Numbered from the stretch's first letter, positions 38,645 through 48,157 are shown. The stretch: DNA of 64,000 nucleotides from Desulfobacterales bacterium (GCA_963668645.2 CAXXWC010000002.1:85024-149023); one strand, 5' to 3'. Translations and numbers: made by a program. The notes: a model not told the origin generated them from the sequence alone.

Positions 38645-39862
38645 TCATAGACCGGCACGCACCCCGCGAAGGATCCAGACCGGATTTTCAGCCTCCAGCC
38701 GCAGGTCTCCGGCCGTGGCCCGGCTGCGGGAGATCTGGACCTGCACCGCATCCACCTTCAGTCCCATCTGCTCCAGGACGCGGCGGGCGGTCTCAAGGCT
38801 CGCCAGCAGGACCGTGTTGACCACCACGATCCCGTTGGCTGCAAGCCGTGCGGCCGCCTTTTCCAGGATGGGGGCCAGATCCTTGCCCCCGCCGCCCACG
38901 AAGATCCGGTCCGGATCCGGCAGATCGTCCATCCCTTCCGGCAGGCGGGCCTCGACCAGGTCCACGTGCCAGCGCCGCAGGCGCCGGCGGTTGTGAAACA
39001 GGGCGGTCAGCCGATCCGGATTTTTTTCCACCGCCACCACCCTCCCGCTCCAGGCCAGTACGGCGGCCTCCAGGGCCACGCTGCCGCTTGCGGCCCCCAG
39101 GTCCCAGACGGTGTGATCCGGCGCGATGCGCAGCAGGCCCAGGCTCACGGCGCGCACCTCGGCCTTGGTGATCAGTCCCCGGGAATGGTCGAACTCGGCC
39201 TCCGCGGCCCCGATGGCACCGGGGTCCGGTTCGGGCTGGACGATCACCACCAGGTTGGGGTCGGCAAAGCGCCTGGACCCTGCCTGGCTCACCGAAAGGC
39301 GGCTTATCCGCTCATCATGGCTTCCCAGCCGCTCCATGACCCACAGGTGCGCGTCCTCCAGCCCGCGAAGCGCCAGTTCGGCGGCGATGGCTCCAGGATC
39401 GGTCACCGGGTCGGTGAGCACGGCCGCCACCGGTTCGCGCGCCAGCACGGCCAGCAGCCGGTGGATTCCGCCCGAGCGGCCGTGGCAGCTCACCACCGGC
39501 ACTTCGTTCCAGGAACGCCCCAGCCGGGCGAAGGCGGCCGCCACAGAAGTAACGTTGGGCAGGATGCGCACCATCTGGGGGCCGAAACGCTCGGCCAGAA
39601 AGCGTCCGATGCCGAAAAAAAGCGGGTCCCCCGAGGCCAGGACCGCCACCCGCCGCCCCTCGGCGGCCCGCCGGGCGATGGCTTCGGCCAGCAGCGAGAG
39701 GCTTCCGGTGATCTCGATGCGTTCGGCCGCCAGATCCTCGAAACCCGCCAAGTGACGCCGCCCGCCCACCAGGACCTGGGCCGTACGGATGGCTTCCAGG
39801 TGGCCCGGTGCGAGATCCTGGGCGCTCATTCCCATGCCGACGATGGTTACAGGTGCCGTCAT
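38645..39862 (-). CDS. cbiET: Bifunctional precorrin-6Y C5,15-methyltransferase (decarboxylating)
   Basis: LASGDPLFFGIG, ITKAEVR, VWDLGAASGSV, AENPV. Confidence 0.92.
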   Translation of the reverse strand: MTAPVTIVGMGMSAQDLAPGHLEAIRTAQVLVGGRRHLAGFEDLAAERIEITGSLSLLAEAIARRAAEGRRVAVLASGDPLFFGIGRFLAERFGPQMVRILPNVTSVAAAFARLGRSWNEVPVVSCHGRSGGIHRLLAVLAREPVAAVLTDPVTDPGAIAAELALRGLEDAHLWVMERLGSHDERISRLSVSQAGSRRFADPNLVVIVQPEPDPGAIGAAEAEFDHSRGLITKAEVRAVSLGLLRIAPDHTVWDLGAASGSVALEAAVLAWSGRVVAVEKNPDRLTALFHNRRRLRRWHVDLVEARLPEGMDDLPDPDRIFVGGGGKDLAPILEKAAARLAANGIVVVNTVLLASLETARRVLEQMGLKVDAVQVQISRSRATAGDLRLEAENPVWILRGVRAGL

Positions 39863-40965
39863 GCCGCCTCCTTAAAGATGGGGCGGCCCTCGAAGTCGAA
39901 AATCACCGCCCCCACCACGACCTTGTCCAGGCCAAGTCGCCTGCCGGCCTCGATCATGCGCCGGCCCACGGATCGGACCGCCTCAGGGTCCCGGACCATG
40001 ATCCGCGCCAGGGCCTGGCGCGCCGTGTTGGCCTCTTCCACCTCTTGCGCCAGTGCTTCATCGCCGGTATCTTCGCGGATCCAGGCGCCCAGGGCCGCGA
40101 GGGTCATGGGTGCCGAACGGGCATGGGTATGGGCCAGGCCCTGGGCCATCTTGACCGCCTTGCCGAAAAAGACGGCCAGCACGGCGGACCGCACCCCCAG
40201 TTCCGCTGCCGTTTGAATGGCAAAACCGAAAAAATCGCCGATCTGGACAAAGGACTGCGGCGAGCGCTGGGGCCAGAGTTCCTGGGCAAAACGCTCCGAG
40301 CGCCGCCCGGTGGTCAGGATCAGGTCGTCCACCCCGCCGGCCCTTGCCACTTGCATGGCCGCACGGATGGTGGCGGTGTAGGCCTCGTGGCTCATGGGCC
40401 TTACGATCCCGGTGGTGCCGAGGATCGAGATCCCGTCCACGATCCCGAGCCGCGCGTTGAGGGTGTGCCGGGCGATCTCCTCGCCCCGGGGCACGAAGAT
40501 CTCCACCTGCACGTGCCAGCGCCCGCGCTCACCTGCCAGGATATCGGCCACCGCCGCTTGAATCATGCGCCGCGGGCCGGGATTGATGGCCGCCTGTCCG
40601 GGAACGATTTCAAGCCCGGGCAGGGTCACCCGCCCGACCCCGGTTCCGCCGCGGATTTCGAGTCCGGGATCCGCCGTCAAACCGCACGCTTCCAATATTA
40701 CCCGGGCCCCGATCTCGGCACCGTGGGTGGCGTCCGGGTCGTCGCCGGCGTCCTTGATCACCGTGCAAACCGCCGCGTTGCCACCCTCGCGCCGGGCCGT
40801 GTGGACCTTCACCTCCACCCCGCCCTGGCTCAGAAAAGGCACATGCACGGATTCCGGCGTCTCGCCGTGCGCCAGCATCAAGAGAGCCGCGCGCACCGCC
40901 GCGGCCGCCGCGGCCCCGGTGGTGAATCCCGAGCGCAGCGTCTTATGAGTGGTTTGCCGATTCAA
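39859..40965 (-). CDS. cbiD: Cobalt-precorrin-5B C1-methyltransferase
   Basis: LRSGFTTG, KDAGDDPDATHG, GVGRVTLPGL, SILGTTGIV. Confidence 0.95.
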   Translation of the reverse strand: MNRQTTHKTLRSGFTTGAAAAAAVRAALLMLAHGETPESVHVPFLSQGGVEVKVHTARREGGNAAVCTVIKDAGDDPDATHGAEIGARVILEACGLTADPGLEIRGGTGVGRVTLPGLEIVPGQAAINPGPRRMIQAAVADILAGERGRWHVQVEIFVPRGEEIARHTLNARLGIVDGISILGTTGIVRPMSHEAYTATIRAAMQVARAGGVDDLILTTGRRSERFAQELWPQRSPQSFVQIGDFFGFAIQTAAELGVRSAVLAVFFGKAVKMAQGLAHTHARSAPMTLAALGAWIREDTGDEALAQEVEEANTARQALARIMVRDPEAVRSVGRRMIEAGRRLGLDKVVVGAVIFDFEGRPIFKEAA

Positions 40966-41038
40966 AGAGACATTTGAATCCGTTGCAGATTCTAAATCAT
41001 CGCATCCGATATTACAGACATCTGCCTTGTTATATTAA

Positions 41039-41653
41039 TTATTCGAGCGAAGCGAGAATAATCAATGCATTGACCACGCTCGCGGCCAGATTCGATCCCC
41101 CCTTGCGCCCCAGGTTGGTGATGTAAGGGACCTGGCGCTCCATGAGGGACGCCTTGGATTCGGCCGCGTTGACAAAGCCCACCGGCAGCCCGATCACCAG
41201 GGCCGGCCGGATCCGGCCGGCGTCCACCAGCTCCAGCAGGCGCAGCAGGGCCGTGGGCGCATTGCCCACCGCCAGGATCCCTCCCTCGATGCGCTCTGTG
41301 GCGGCGTCCACAGCGGCTCTGGCCCGGGTGGTCTGCTGCCGGGCGGCGATTTCGGCCACCTGGGGATCGTCGATGAGACAGACGACCTCGCCGCCATAGC
41401 GGGCCAGGTCCTTTTTCCGGATTCCGGCAAGGGCCATGCGGGTGTCGGTGACGATGCTCGCCCCGCGGTGGATGGCGGCCAGCCCGGCATCGATGGCACC
41501 GGGAGAAAAGCGCACCGTATCGCGGTATTCGAAGTCGGCCGAGGTGTGAATCATGCGCCGCACGATCTGCCACTCGGGGTCGGAGAATCCGTGGGGTCCG
41601 GCTTCGGCGTCGATGATCTGAAAGCTCAGTTTCTCAATCTCTTCGGGTTTCAT
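41039..41653 (-). CDS. cbiC: Precorrin-8X methylmutase
   Basis: RMIHTSADF, VGNAPTAL, PVGFVNAAESK, GRKGGS. Confidence 0.95.
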   Translation of the reverse strand: MKPEEIEKLSFQIIDAEAGPHGFSDPEWQIVRRMIHTSADFEYRDTVRFSPGAIDAGLAAIHRGASIVTDTRMALAGIRKKDLARYGGEVVCLIDDPQVAEIAARQQTTRARAAVDAATERIEGGILAVGNAPTALLRLLELVDAGRIRPALVIGLPVGFVNAAESKASLMERQVPYITNLGRKGGSNLAASVVNALIILASLE

Positions 41654-43101
41654 CGCTTCTCGACATTCCCCGCGGCCGGGGCACCGCCAGCCACGGCTTT
41701 AGAGTGTTTTTCTTTCCATGCGGCGCAGGCGTCCACAAAGGAGGCCGCCGCCTCGGGACAAGAGCCCAGATGCAGATGAAGATAGCTGCCCAGGGTATTG
41801 CCCGCCTGAAACCCCTCACCGCGATCCGCACCCTGGCGGTCCGAGACCCGGTAGGCAAGCGGCACTTCACCGGTATTTTCGACCAGCTCGGAATAGTGAA
41901 ACTCGTGGCCCCGTACCCGCCGTCCCGGGCCGCCCAGCAAGGTGGGACGGGTCAGCACCGCCTCGCGGTAGCCCAGGGAGCGCAACTTCGGGGTCATGCG
42001 CGTGGCCAGAGGAAAGCAGCCGGTCATCTCGTGGCGCCGGCCTTCGGCGTCCTCCAGATCCCGGCACAGGTACATGAAGCCGCCGCACTCGCCGTAAATC
42101 GGCATCCCGGACCGGCTGGCGGCAAGAACCCGGTCCCTCAGTACCCGGTTGCGGGCCAGGGCCTCGGCGTGAAGCTCCGGATACCCGCCGCCGAAGTAAA
42201 GCCCGTCCAGATCCGCGGGCAGGTCAGGGGCGTCGATGGGTGAAAAATAGACGATGGAGGCCCCGTTGGCTTCCAGCAGTTCGATGTTTTCCGGATAGTA
42301 GAAGCAAAAGGCGCGATCCTGGGCCACCCCGATGCGCACCGCGCGGCGTGCGGGCTCGGGCAAAGGGGGCGCTTGCGCCGCGCGGACGGGCGCCAGGCCG
42401 GCCAGCAGCGCGTCGAGATCACATCCCCGGACCACGGCTTTTGCCAGGTGGGAAAGCGCCTCCTGGTCCATCGGCCGGTCCTCGTCGGTCACCAGCCCCA
42501 GATGGCGCTCGGGCATGGCGATGCGCCCGTCGCGTCCCAGGGCGCCGAGGCAGGGCATGGCCACGTGGCCGTCCAGGGCCTGGCGCAGATACTCGAGGTG
42601 GCGCGGGCTGCCGACGCGGTTGAAGAGTACCCCGGCAAAGGTCAGCTGCGGATCGAAGCGCTCGAAACCCTGGACCAGGGCCGCGGCACTGCGCGCCATG
42701 CTGCGCGCATCGACCACCAAAAGCACGGGCAGCCCCAGCCATTTGGCCATCTGGGCCGTGGACCCGGCCTCGCTGCTGCCGTCGAATCCGTCAAAGAGCC
42801 CCATCACCCCCTCGACCACGGCGATGTCGGCCGCGGCGGCCTGGCGTGCGAAGATGCGGCGGTTGGTATCCCGGTCGAGCATCCATCCGTCCAGGTTGCG
42901 ACTGGCCCGGCCGCAGACCCGCCGGTGGTGGCCCGGATCGATGAAATCCGGGCCGACCTTGAAAGGGGCCACCCGCAGCCCCCGGCGGCCCAGGGCCGCC
43001 ATCAGTCCCAGGGCCACGGTGGTCTTGCCGCTGCCGCTGTTGGGCGCCGCCACGACCACGCCGCGCAGGGAGCCGTTAGCATCGCTGATCATTGAGAGCA
43101 T
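41650..43101 (-). CDS. cbiA: Cobyrinate a,c-diamide synthase
   Basis: SGSGKTT, FKVGPDFIDP, EGVMGLFDG, GGGYPE, ECGG, GHEFHYS. Confidence 0.95.
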   Translation of the reverse strand: MLSMISDANGSLRGVVVAAPNSGSGKTTVALGLMAALGRRGLRVAPFKVGPDFIDPGHHRRVCGRASRNLDGWMLDRDTNRRIFARQAAAADIAVVEGVMGLFDGFDGSSEAGSTAQMAKWLGLPVLLVVDARSMARSAAALVQGFERFDPQLTFAGVLFNRVGSPRHLEYLRQALDGHVAMPCLGALGRDGRIAMPERHLGLVTDEDRPMDQEALSHLAKAVVRGCDLDALLAGLAPVRAAQAPPLPEPARRAVRIGVAQDRAFCFYYPENIELLEANGASIVYFSPIDAPDLPADLDGLYFGGGYPELHAEALARNRVLRDRVLAASRSGMPIYGECGGFMYLCRDLEDAEGRRHEMTGCFPLATRMTPKLRSLGYREAVLTRPTLLGGPGRRVRGHEFHYSELVENTGEVPLAYRVSDRQGADRGEGFQAGNTLGSYLHLHLGSCPEAAASFVDACAAWKEKHSKAVAGGAPAAGNVEKR

Positions 43102-43139
43102 CTTCCTTCCCGAGGCCTTTGGATTCGATCAAGGGGGTT

Positions 43140-43168
43140 AGATTAGGCGCCGCTGGCGGCTCTGTCAA
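43140..43168 (-). promoter_or_regulatory. Sigma70-type promoter for the cbiA operon
   Basis: Minus strand TTGACA (43168-43163), 17-nt spacer, TAATCT (43145-43140); back-to-back with a plus-strand TTGACA at 43174-43179. Confidence 0.6.
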
Positions 43169-43226
43169 CCGGCTTGACAAGCGCGTATCGATTCGCTACT
43201 GGTACGGTTTCAAAACAGGCCAAGGC

Positions 43227-43416
43227 CTGTCGGTGTCGGGGACCGGCGATTGATCCAAACCAGTCCCGGACGAAGAGGGAAACCGGTTCAAATCCGGTGC
43301 GGTCCCGCCGCTGTGAGTGGGGACGCCGGCTGCGACATGCCACTGTGCCGTCATGCAAACGGCATGGGAAGGCGCGGCCGGACGGTTGATCCACAAGCCA
43401 GAAGACCTGCCGACAG
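43227..43416 (+). ncRNA. Cobalamin riboswitch
   Basis: AGAGGGAAACCGGTTCAAATCCGGTGCGGTCCCGCCGCTGTGA, GCCACTG, GGGAAGG and B12-box AAGCCAGAAGACCTGCC; closing stem CTGTCGG/CCGACAG. Confidence 0.95.
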
Positions 43417-43437
43417 ACCGCCCCCCGTGGTGATGGC

Positions 43438-43480
43438 AAAGCCCCGGGCCGATGATGCATATCGGCGCCGGGGCTTTTTT
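43438..43480 (+). terminator. Intrinsic terminator (riboswitch expression platform)
   Basis: GCCCCGGGCCGAT...ATCGGCGCCGGGGC followed by TTTTTT, between the aptamer and the start codon. Confidence 0.85.
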
Positions 43481-43504
43481 ATTGCAACCCGGGAGGGCCC
43501 CAGG

Positions 43505-44542
43505 ATGCCGTCACCTTTGAGCACCGAACTGCCGGCCTTGATGCACGCCGTAGTCTTAGCAGGGCCGGGACGTCTGGAACCGGCCGCCCTGCCCTGCCCC
43601 GCCTGCCCGCCGGGCGGAGTGGTGGTGCGGGTACACGCCTGCGGGGTCTGCCGCAGCGATTTCAAGATGGCGGTCGAGGGTCATCGCGCCCTGGTTTATC
43701 CGCGCGTTTTGGGCCATGAGATCGCCGGTACGGTGGCGGCCAGCCGGACTGCGGCCTCCAGGATCGGGGACCGGGTCCTGGTGGCGCCCGGACTTCGCTG
43801 CGGCCGCTGCTGCCACTGCCGCCGGGGCACGGACCAGCGCTGCGAACAGCGCCGCATCATCGGCTTTTGCGTGGACGGCGGTTTTGCCGAATATCTGGCC
43901 GTCCCGCTTAGCGGAACCCCGCGCGGGGCCCTGATCCCCCTTCCCGACCACCTCGAATTTGTCGCCGCCACCCTGGCGGAACCCCTGGCCTGCTGCATCA
44001 ACGCCCAGTCGCGCCTCCGGCTCGGCAGGGCCGACCGGGTGCTGGTGATCGGTGCCGGAATCCTCGGGCTGCTCCATCTGATCCTGGCCCGGCGGTGCAA
44101 GGCGGCCTCGGTCTGGGTTGCCGAGCCGCGGCCCGAACGGCGCGCCCTGGCCCTGGAGCTGGGCGCCGATCTGGCCTTTGATCCTTCGGCCGTTGATGAC
44201 CTGCCCCGCTGCAGCCGGGACGTGCTGATCATGGCCGCCGGGCCGGTGGGACTCGATCCGCCGCTGGCGGCCTTGCTGGCGCGCGGCGCGCGCATCAGCC
44301 TCTTTTCGGGTCCGGGCACCGGTCCGGCCGGGCTCCCGGATGGGCCCGCGATTCACTACGAAGAGTTTCTGATCAGCGGCAGCTACGGCTGCGCCAAGAA
44401 CCATATCCGCCGGGCCGCCGATCTGCTGGCCCAGGGCACCATCCCCGCCGGCCGGCTCGTCACGCGGCGCACCGACCTGGCCGGCCTGCCGGCCCATCTG
44501 AAGACCGGCCCGCAAGATCTTAAAACCGTGGTGGAGGTTTAA
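43505..44542 (+). CDS. Zinc-dependent (MDR) dehydrogenase, Tdh/sorbitol-DH-like
   Basis: CGVCRSD, LGHEIAG, CGRCCHC...C, EPLAC, GAGILG. Confidence 0.88.
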   Translation: MPSPLSTELPALMHAVVLAGPGRLEPAALPCPACPPGGVVVRVHACGVCRSDFKMAVEGHRALVYPRVLGHEIAGTVAASRTAASRIGDRVLVAPGLRCGRCCHCRRGTDQRCEQRRIIGFCVDGGFAEYLAVPLSGTPRGALIPLPDHLEFVAATLAEPLACCINAQSRLRLGRADRVLVIGAGILGLLHLILARRCKAASVWVAEPRPERRALALELGADLAFDPSAVDDLPRCSRDVLIMAAGPVGLDPPLAALLARGARISLFSGPGTGPAGLPDGPAIHYEEFLISGSYGCAKNHIRRAADLLAQGTIPAGRLVTRRTDLAGLPAHLKTGPQDLKTVVEV

Positions 44543-44548
44543 CAATCG

Positions 44549-45598
44549 ATGGATGACGTGTTGAAACCCTTCGGCGCCCTTATCGGGCGTCTCATCGCCG
44601 GTGATGACCTGTCCCGCGAGGAGGCCTGCGCGGCCTTTACCGAATTGCTTTGCGGCAGCCAATCCGGGATCCATCAGGGGGCTTTTCTGGCCGCCATCAC
44701 GGCCAAGGGGCCGACCCCCGAGGAGATCGCCGGGGCCTGGGCCGCCATCCTGGCCCGGGACACCGCAACCGTCGCCGTCCCCTCGCCCATGACCCTGGTG
44801 GACAATTGCGGCACCGGCATGGACGGGGCCGGCACCTTCAACATTTCCACCGCCGCGGCCATCGTGGCGGCCGCCGGCGGATCCCGCCTGGCGCGCCACG
44901 GGGCCCGGGCCGTCTCCTCGGCCTGCGGCACGGTGGATCTCTGCCAGGCCCTGGGGGTGGATGTGGACTGCTCGGTGCAAACAGTCTGCGAGAGCATCCG
45001 CACAACAGGGATCGGCCTTTTCAACGCCATGAGTCCCCAGGTCCATCCGGGGGCCCTGGGCCGGATCCTGGCACGCCTGCGCTTCGGCAGCATCCTGAAC
45101 ATCGCCGCCTCGCTGGCCAACCCGGCCCGGCCGGGCCTGGGGGTCCGGGGGGTCTATCGCCCGGACCTGGTCCTGCCCATCGCCCGGGCCATGCAGGCTG
45201 TCGGCTACCGGCGGGCCCTGGTCTTTCACGGCCGTCTGCCCGACGGCCGCGGCATGGACGAACTGGCCCCGGCAGGGGAAAACACGGCGGCCGAACTGCA
45301 TGCAGACGGGCGCATCACCGCCTATCGGATCGATCCTGCCGGGCTGGGCCTGGCCGGCGGTGATCCGGCAGCCCTTACCGGCAGCGGCGACGCCGCAGCC
45401 GAGGCCCAGGCCCTGATAGGCCTTCTCAGCGGCGATGAGAACGGGATCCGGCGCCAGGCGGTCTGTCTCAACGCGGCGGCCGTCCTTTACGTGTCCGGGC
45501 AGGCCGGGGATCTGGCCGAGGGGGTCGCCCTGGCTTCACGGCTGCTGGCGGACGGCAGGGCCCTGGCGGTTTTGAACCGCTGGGTCGCGGCCCAGTAG
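44549..45598 (+). CDS. Anthranilate phosphoribosyltransferase-like (TrpD family) protein, divergent
   Basis: DNCGTGMDG..TFNISTAAA, RHGARAVSS, GMDEL, LNAAA. Confidence 0.88.
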   Translation: MDDVLKPFGALIGRLIAGDDLSREEACAAFTELLCGSQSGIHQGAFLAAITAKGPTPEEIAGAWAAILARDTATVAVPSPMTLVDNCGTGMDGAGTFNISTAAAIVAAAGGSRLARHGARAVSSACGTVDLCQALGVDVDCSVQTVCESIRTTGIGLFNAMSPQVHPGALGRILARLRFGSILNIAASLANPARPGLGVRGVYRPDLVLPIARAMQAVGYRRALVFHGRLPDGRGMDELAPAGENTAAELHADGRITAYRIDPAGLGLAGGDPAALTGSGDAAAEAQALIGLLSGDENGIRRQAVCLNAAAVLYVSGQAGDLAEGVALASRLLADGRALAVLNRWVAAQ

Positions 45599-45687
45599 GA
45601 GGGGGCCAGGCCGGCCTGAAACGGATTTCGTAATCCTGCTTTCCGGCGGCCACCGGGAAATGACAATTCCATTCAAGGAGAAGAAAG

Positions 45688-46761
45688 ATGAAAACGCTCG
45701 AACAGATGATCCAGGACATCCAGCCGGTTTCGGCCCAATGGCAGGCCCGGGCCGAGGCCCGCACCGCCAGTCTGGTAATGCCGCCCCGTGCCCTGGGCCG
45801 GCTCCATCCCATCGCCGAACGGATTTGCGCCATCCGGTGCAGCCTGGAGCCCTCCATCGGCCGGCGGGCCTTTGTGGTCATGGCGGCCGACCACGGGATC
45901 GTGGCCGAGGGCGTGAGCGCCTTTCCCCAGGCGGTCACCGTGGAGATGATCCGCTGTTTCCTGCGCGGCGGGGCCGGCATCAACGTGCTGGCGCGCCAGG
46001 CCGGGGCCGAGGTTTTTGTGGTGGACGTGGGGGTGGCCGGCGACGTCGATACTGCCGGCCTTCCCGGGGCCGATTGCCTGCGGGTGCGCAAGGTGGCCCG
46101 GGGCACGGCCAATTTCGCCCGCCAACCGGCCATGGACCGGGGCCAGGCCCTGGAATCGCTATCGGCCGGCTTCGAAGAGGCCTCGGCCCTGCTCGATGAA
46201 GGCTACGAGATCCTGGGCACCGGCGACATGGGCATCGGCAATACCACGGCCTCGGCGGCCATCGGCGCCATCCTGGCCGGGGCTTCGCTGGAGCAGATGG
46301 TGGGCCGCGGCACCGGTGTCGACGATGCCGGGCTGGCCCGCAAACGGGATGCCATCGAAAAGGGGATCACCCTCAACCGGCCTGATGGGTCCGATGGCCT
46401 GGACGTGCTGGCCAAGGTCGGCGGCTTCGAAATCGGTGCCATCGCCGGGCTGATCCTGGCCGGGGCGGGCCGGCGCCGGCCGGTAGTGGTCGATGGGTTG
46501 ATCTCCACGGCCGGGGCTCTCATCGCCCAGGCCCTGTGCCCGGCCAGCGTCGACTATCTTTTCGCGGCCCACCAGGGCGAGGAGCCGGGCCACCGCCACA
46601 TGCTGGCCCGGCTCGGACTGACCCCGATCCTGGACCTGGGGCTGCGCCTGGGCGAAGGCACCGGCGGTGCCCTGGCCCTTCACATCATGGAAGGGGCCCT
46701 GCGTATCTTCGGTGAGATGCTCACCTTCGACGAAGCGCAAGTCTCCGGATCGGACCAGTGA
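45688..46761 (+). CDS. cobT: Nicotinate-nucleotide--dimethylbenzimidazole phosphoribosyltransferase
   Basis: AADHG, GVSAFPQ, GDMGIGNTT, GRGTG, LRLGEGTG. Confidence 0.95.
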   Translation: MKTLEQMIQDIQPVSAQWQARAEARTASLVMPPRALGRLHPIAERICAIRCSLEPSIGRRAFVVMAADHGIVAEGVSAFPQAVTVEMIRCFLRGGAGINVLARQAGAEVFVVDVGVAGDVDTAGLPGADCLRVRKVARGTANFARQPAMDRGQALESLSAGFEEASALLDEGYEILGTGDMGIGNTTASAAIGAILAGASLEQMVGRGTGVDDAGLARKRDAIEKGITLNRPDGSDGLDVLAKVGGFEIGAIAGLILAGAGRRRPVVVDGLISTAGALIAQALCPASVDYLFAAHQGEEPGHRHMLARLGLTPILDLGLRLGEGTGGALALHIMEGALRIFGEMLTFDEAQVSGSDQ

Positions 46762-46770
46762 AGGGCTGAG

Positions 46771-47448
46771 TCAGCCGTTGGCAGGGCGGGCATCGAGGGC
46801 CTCGATGACCCCGTGGCATTTGCAGGCGGTGGCCAGCAGCACCGGGCCGGAGGCGGCCCGGACCCGTGCCAGGGCATCGTGCAGGTCGGCCGGCCGGAAC
46901 CCGCCCACCCCGGGAGCAAGCTGCCGGCTGCGCACCACCACAGGAGTGAAGCCGGGGATCGCCAGCCGGGCAAGATGGGTGTACATCACCTGCGGGCGCG
47001 GTTTCCCGGTCACGGTGCACAGGGCCTCGGGCTCGGGGCAGTCATCCGGGCACCAGAAGTCGGCGTTGCTCACATAGAGCTGGCCCTGGGCGCCGCGCAT
47101 GGGATTGGGCACCCGGCTCAGCAGGGCCTCGGGTATCGCCAGCGGTCTTCCCCGGCCCTCGGGGGCCAGCTTGAGGCCCACCCATCGCCCGGCCACATGC
47201 ACCGGCACGGCCGGCACGATCCAGTCGGTCCCTGCATCCAGATCTTTCATGGCCGCAAGATAGGTGCCCGCTTCGGCGGCGATGAAGCGGGCTCCGGCCC
47301 CGTCAAGAATCAGATCCGCCGGCCGTTCACGGTCCACCATGGTAATGGCCGCCTTGGGCCGGCGCCGCTGCAGGCGTTCAAAGGCCAGGCGGCCGAAGCG
47401 TCCGGCCCCGAGAATCAAAACGCGCACATGATCGTTTCCGATTTCCAT
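46771..47448 (-). CDS. Rossmann-like (GxGxxG) Cys-rich hypothetical protein
   Basis: ILGAGRFG, CPDDCPEP...C, TACKCHG; this is the 3' part of the 511-aa ORF, whose 5' part is antisense to maf. Confidence 0.75.
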   Translation of the reverse strand: MEIGNDHVRVLILGAGRFGRLAFERLQRRRPKAAITMVDRERPADLILDGAGARFIAAEAGTYLAAMKDLDAGTDWIVPAVPVHVAGRWVGLKLAPEGRGRPLAIPEALLSRVPNPMRGAQGQLYVSNADFWCPDDCPEPEALCTVTGKPRPQVMYTHLARLAIPGFTPVVVRSRQLAPGVGGFRPADLHDALARVRAASGPVLLATACKCHGVIEALDARPANG

Positions 47449-47523
47449 CCGGCTCTTATCCCAATGCCCGGATAAAAATTCAAGCGCCTTGTCAAGCCCC
47501 CGGCCCCATGTTAAGGGAGCCTC

Positions 47524-48153
47524 ATGCCGCCGGCCACCAACCATACCCGCATCATCCTTGCCTCCGCCTCGCCGCGGCGGCGCTATCTGCTGGAACAGGC
47601 CGGGCTGCGTTTCGAAGTGATCCCCAGCAAACTGGATGAAAGCCTCAGACCGGCGGCGGCACCCGAGGAGCATGTCCGCTCCCTTGCCCAAGACAAGGCC
47701 CTGGAAATCGCCCGGGCCCATCCCAAGGCCTGGGTGATCGGCGCCGATACCGTGGTGGTCATCGAGGGGCGCATCCTTGGCAAGCCCGAGGGGATGGGCC
47801 AGGCCCGCCGCATGCTGGGCCGCCTCAGCGGCCGCAAGCACCTCGTGCATACCGGATTTTCCCTCTGCTGCCTGGCCCGCGAACGGCAAATCAGCGCCGC
47901 GGTGACCACTGCGGTCGAATTCAAGTCCCTCTCGGCGGCTGAAATCGAGTGGTACCTGCAAACCGGCGAGCCCTTTGACAAGGCCGGGGCCTATGCCATC
48001 CAGGGCATCGGCACCTTCCTGGTGCGCCGGATCAACGGTTCCTACACCAATGTGGTGGGCCTGCCGGTCTGCGAAGTCATTGAGGTGCTGATCCGCGAGG
48101 GTGTGGTGAACTACGCGGTCCGGTCCGCCGAGAGTCTGAAAAGCGAGAAATAG
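47524..48153 (+). CDS. maf: Maf-family nucleotide pyrophosphatase
   Basis: LASASPRR, IGADTVV, DKAGAYAIQ, GSYTNVVGLP. Confidence 0.94.
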   Translation: MPPATNHTRIILASASPRRRYLLEQAGLRFEVIPSKLDESLRPAAAPEEHVRSLAQDKALEIARAHPKAWVIGADTVVVIEGRILGKPEGMGQARRMLGRLSGRKHLVHTGFSLCCLARERQISAAVTTAVEFKSLSAAEIEWYLQTGEPFDKAGAYAIQGIGTFLVRRINGSYTNVVGLPVCEVIEVLIREGVVNYAVRSAESLKSEK

Positions 48154-48157
48154 ATCG

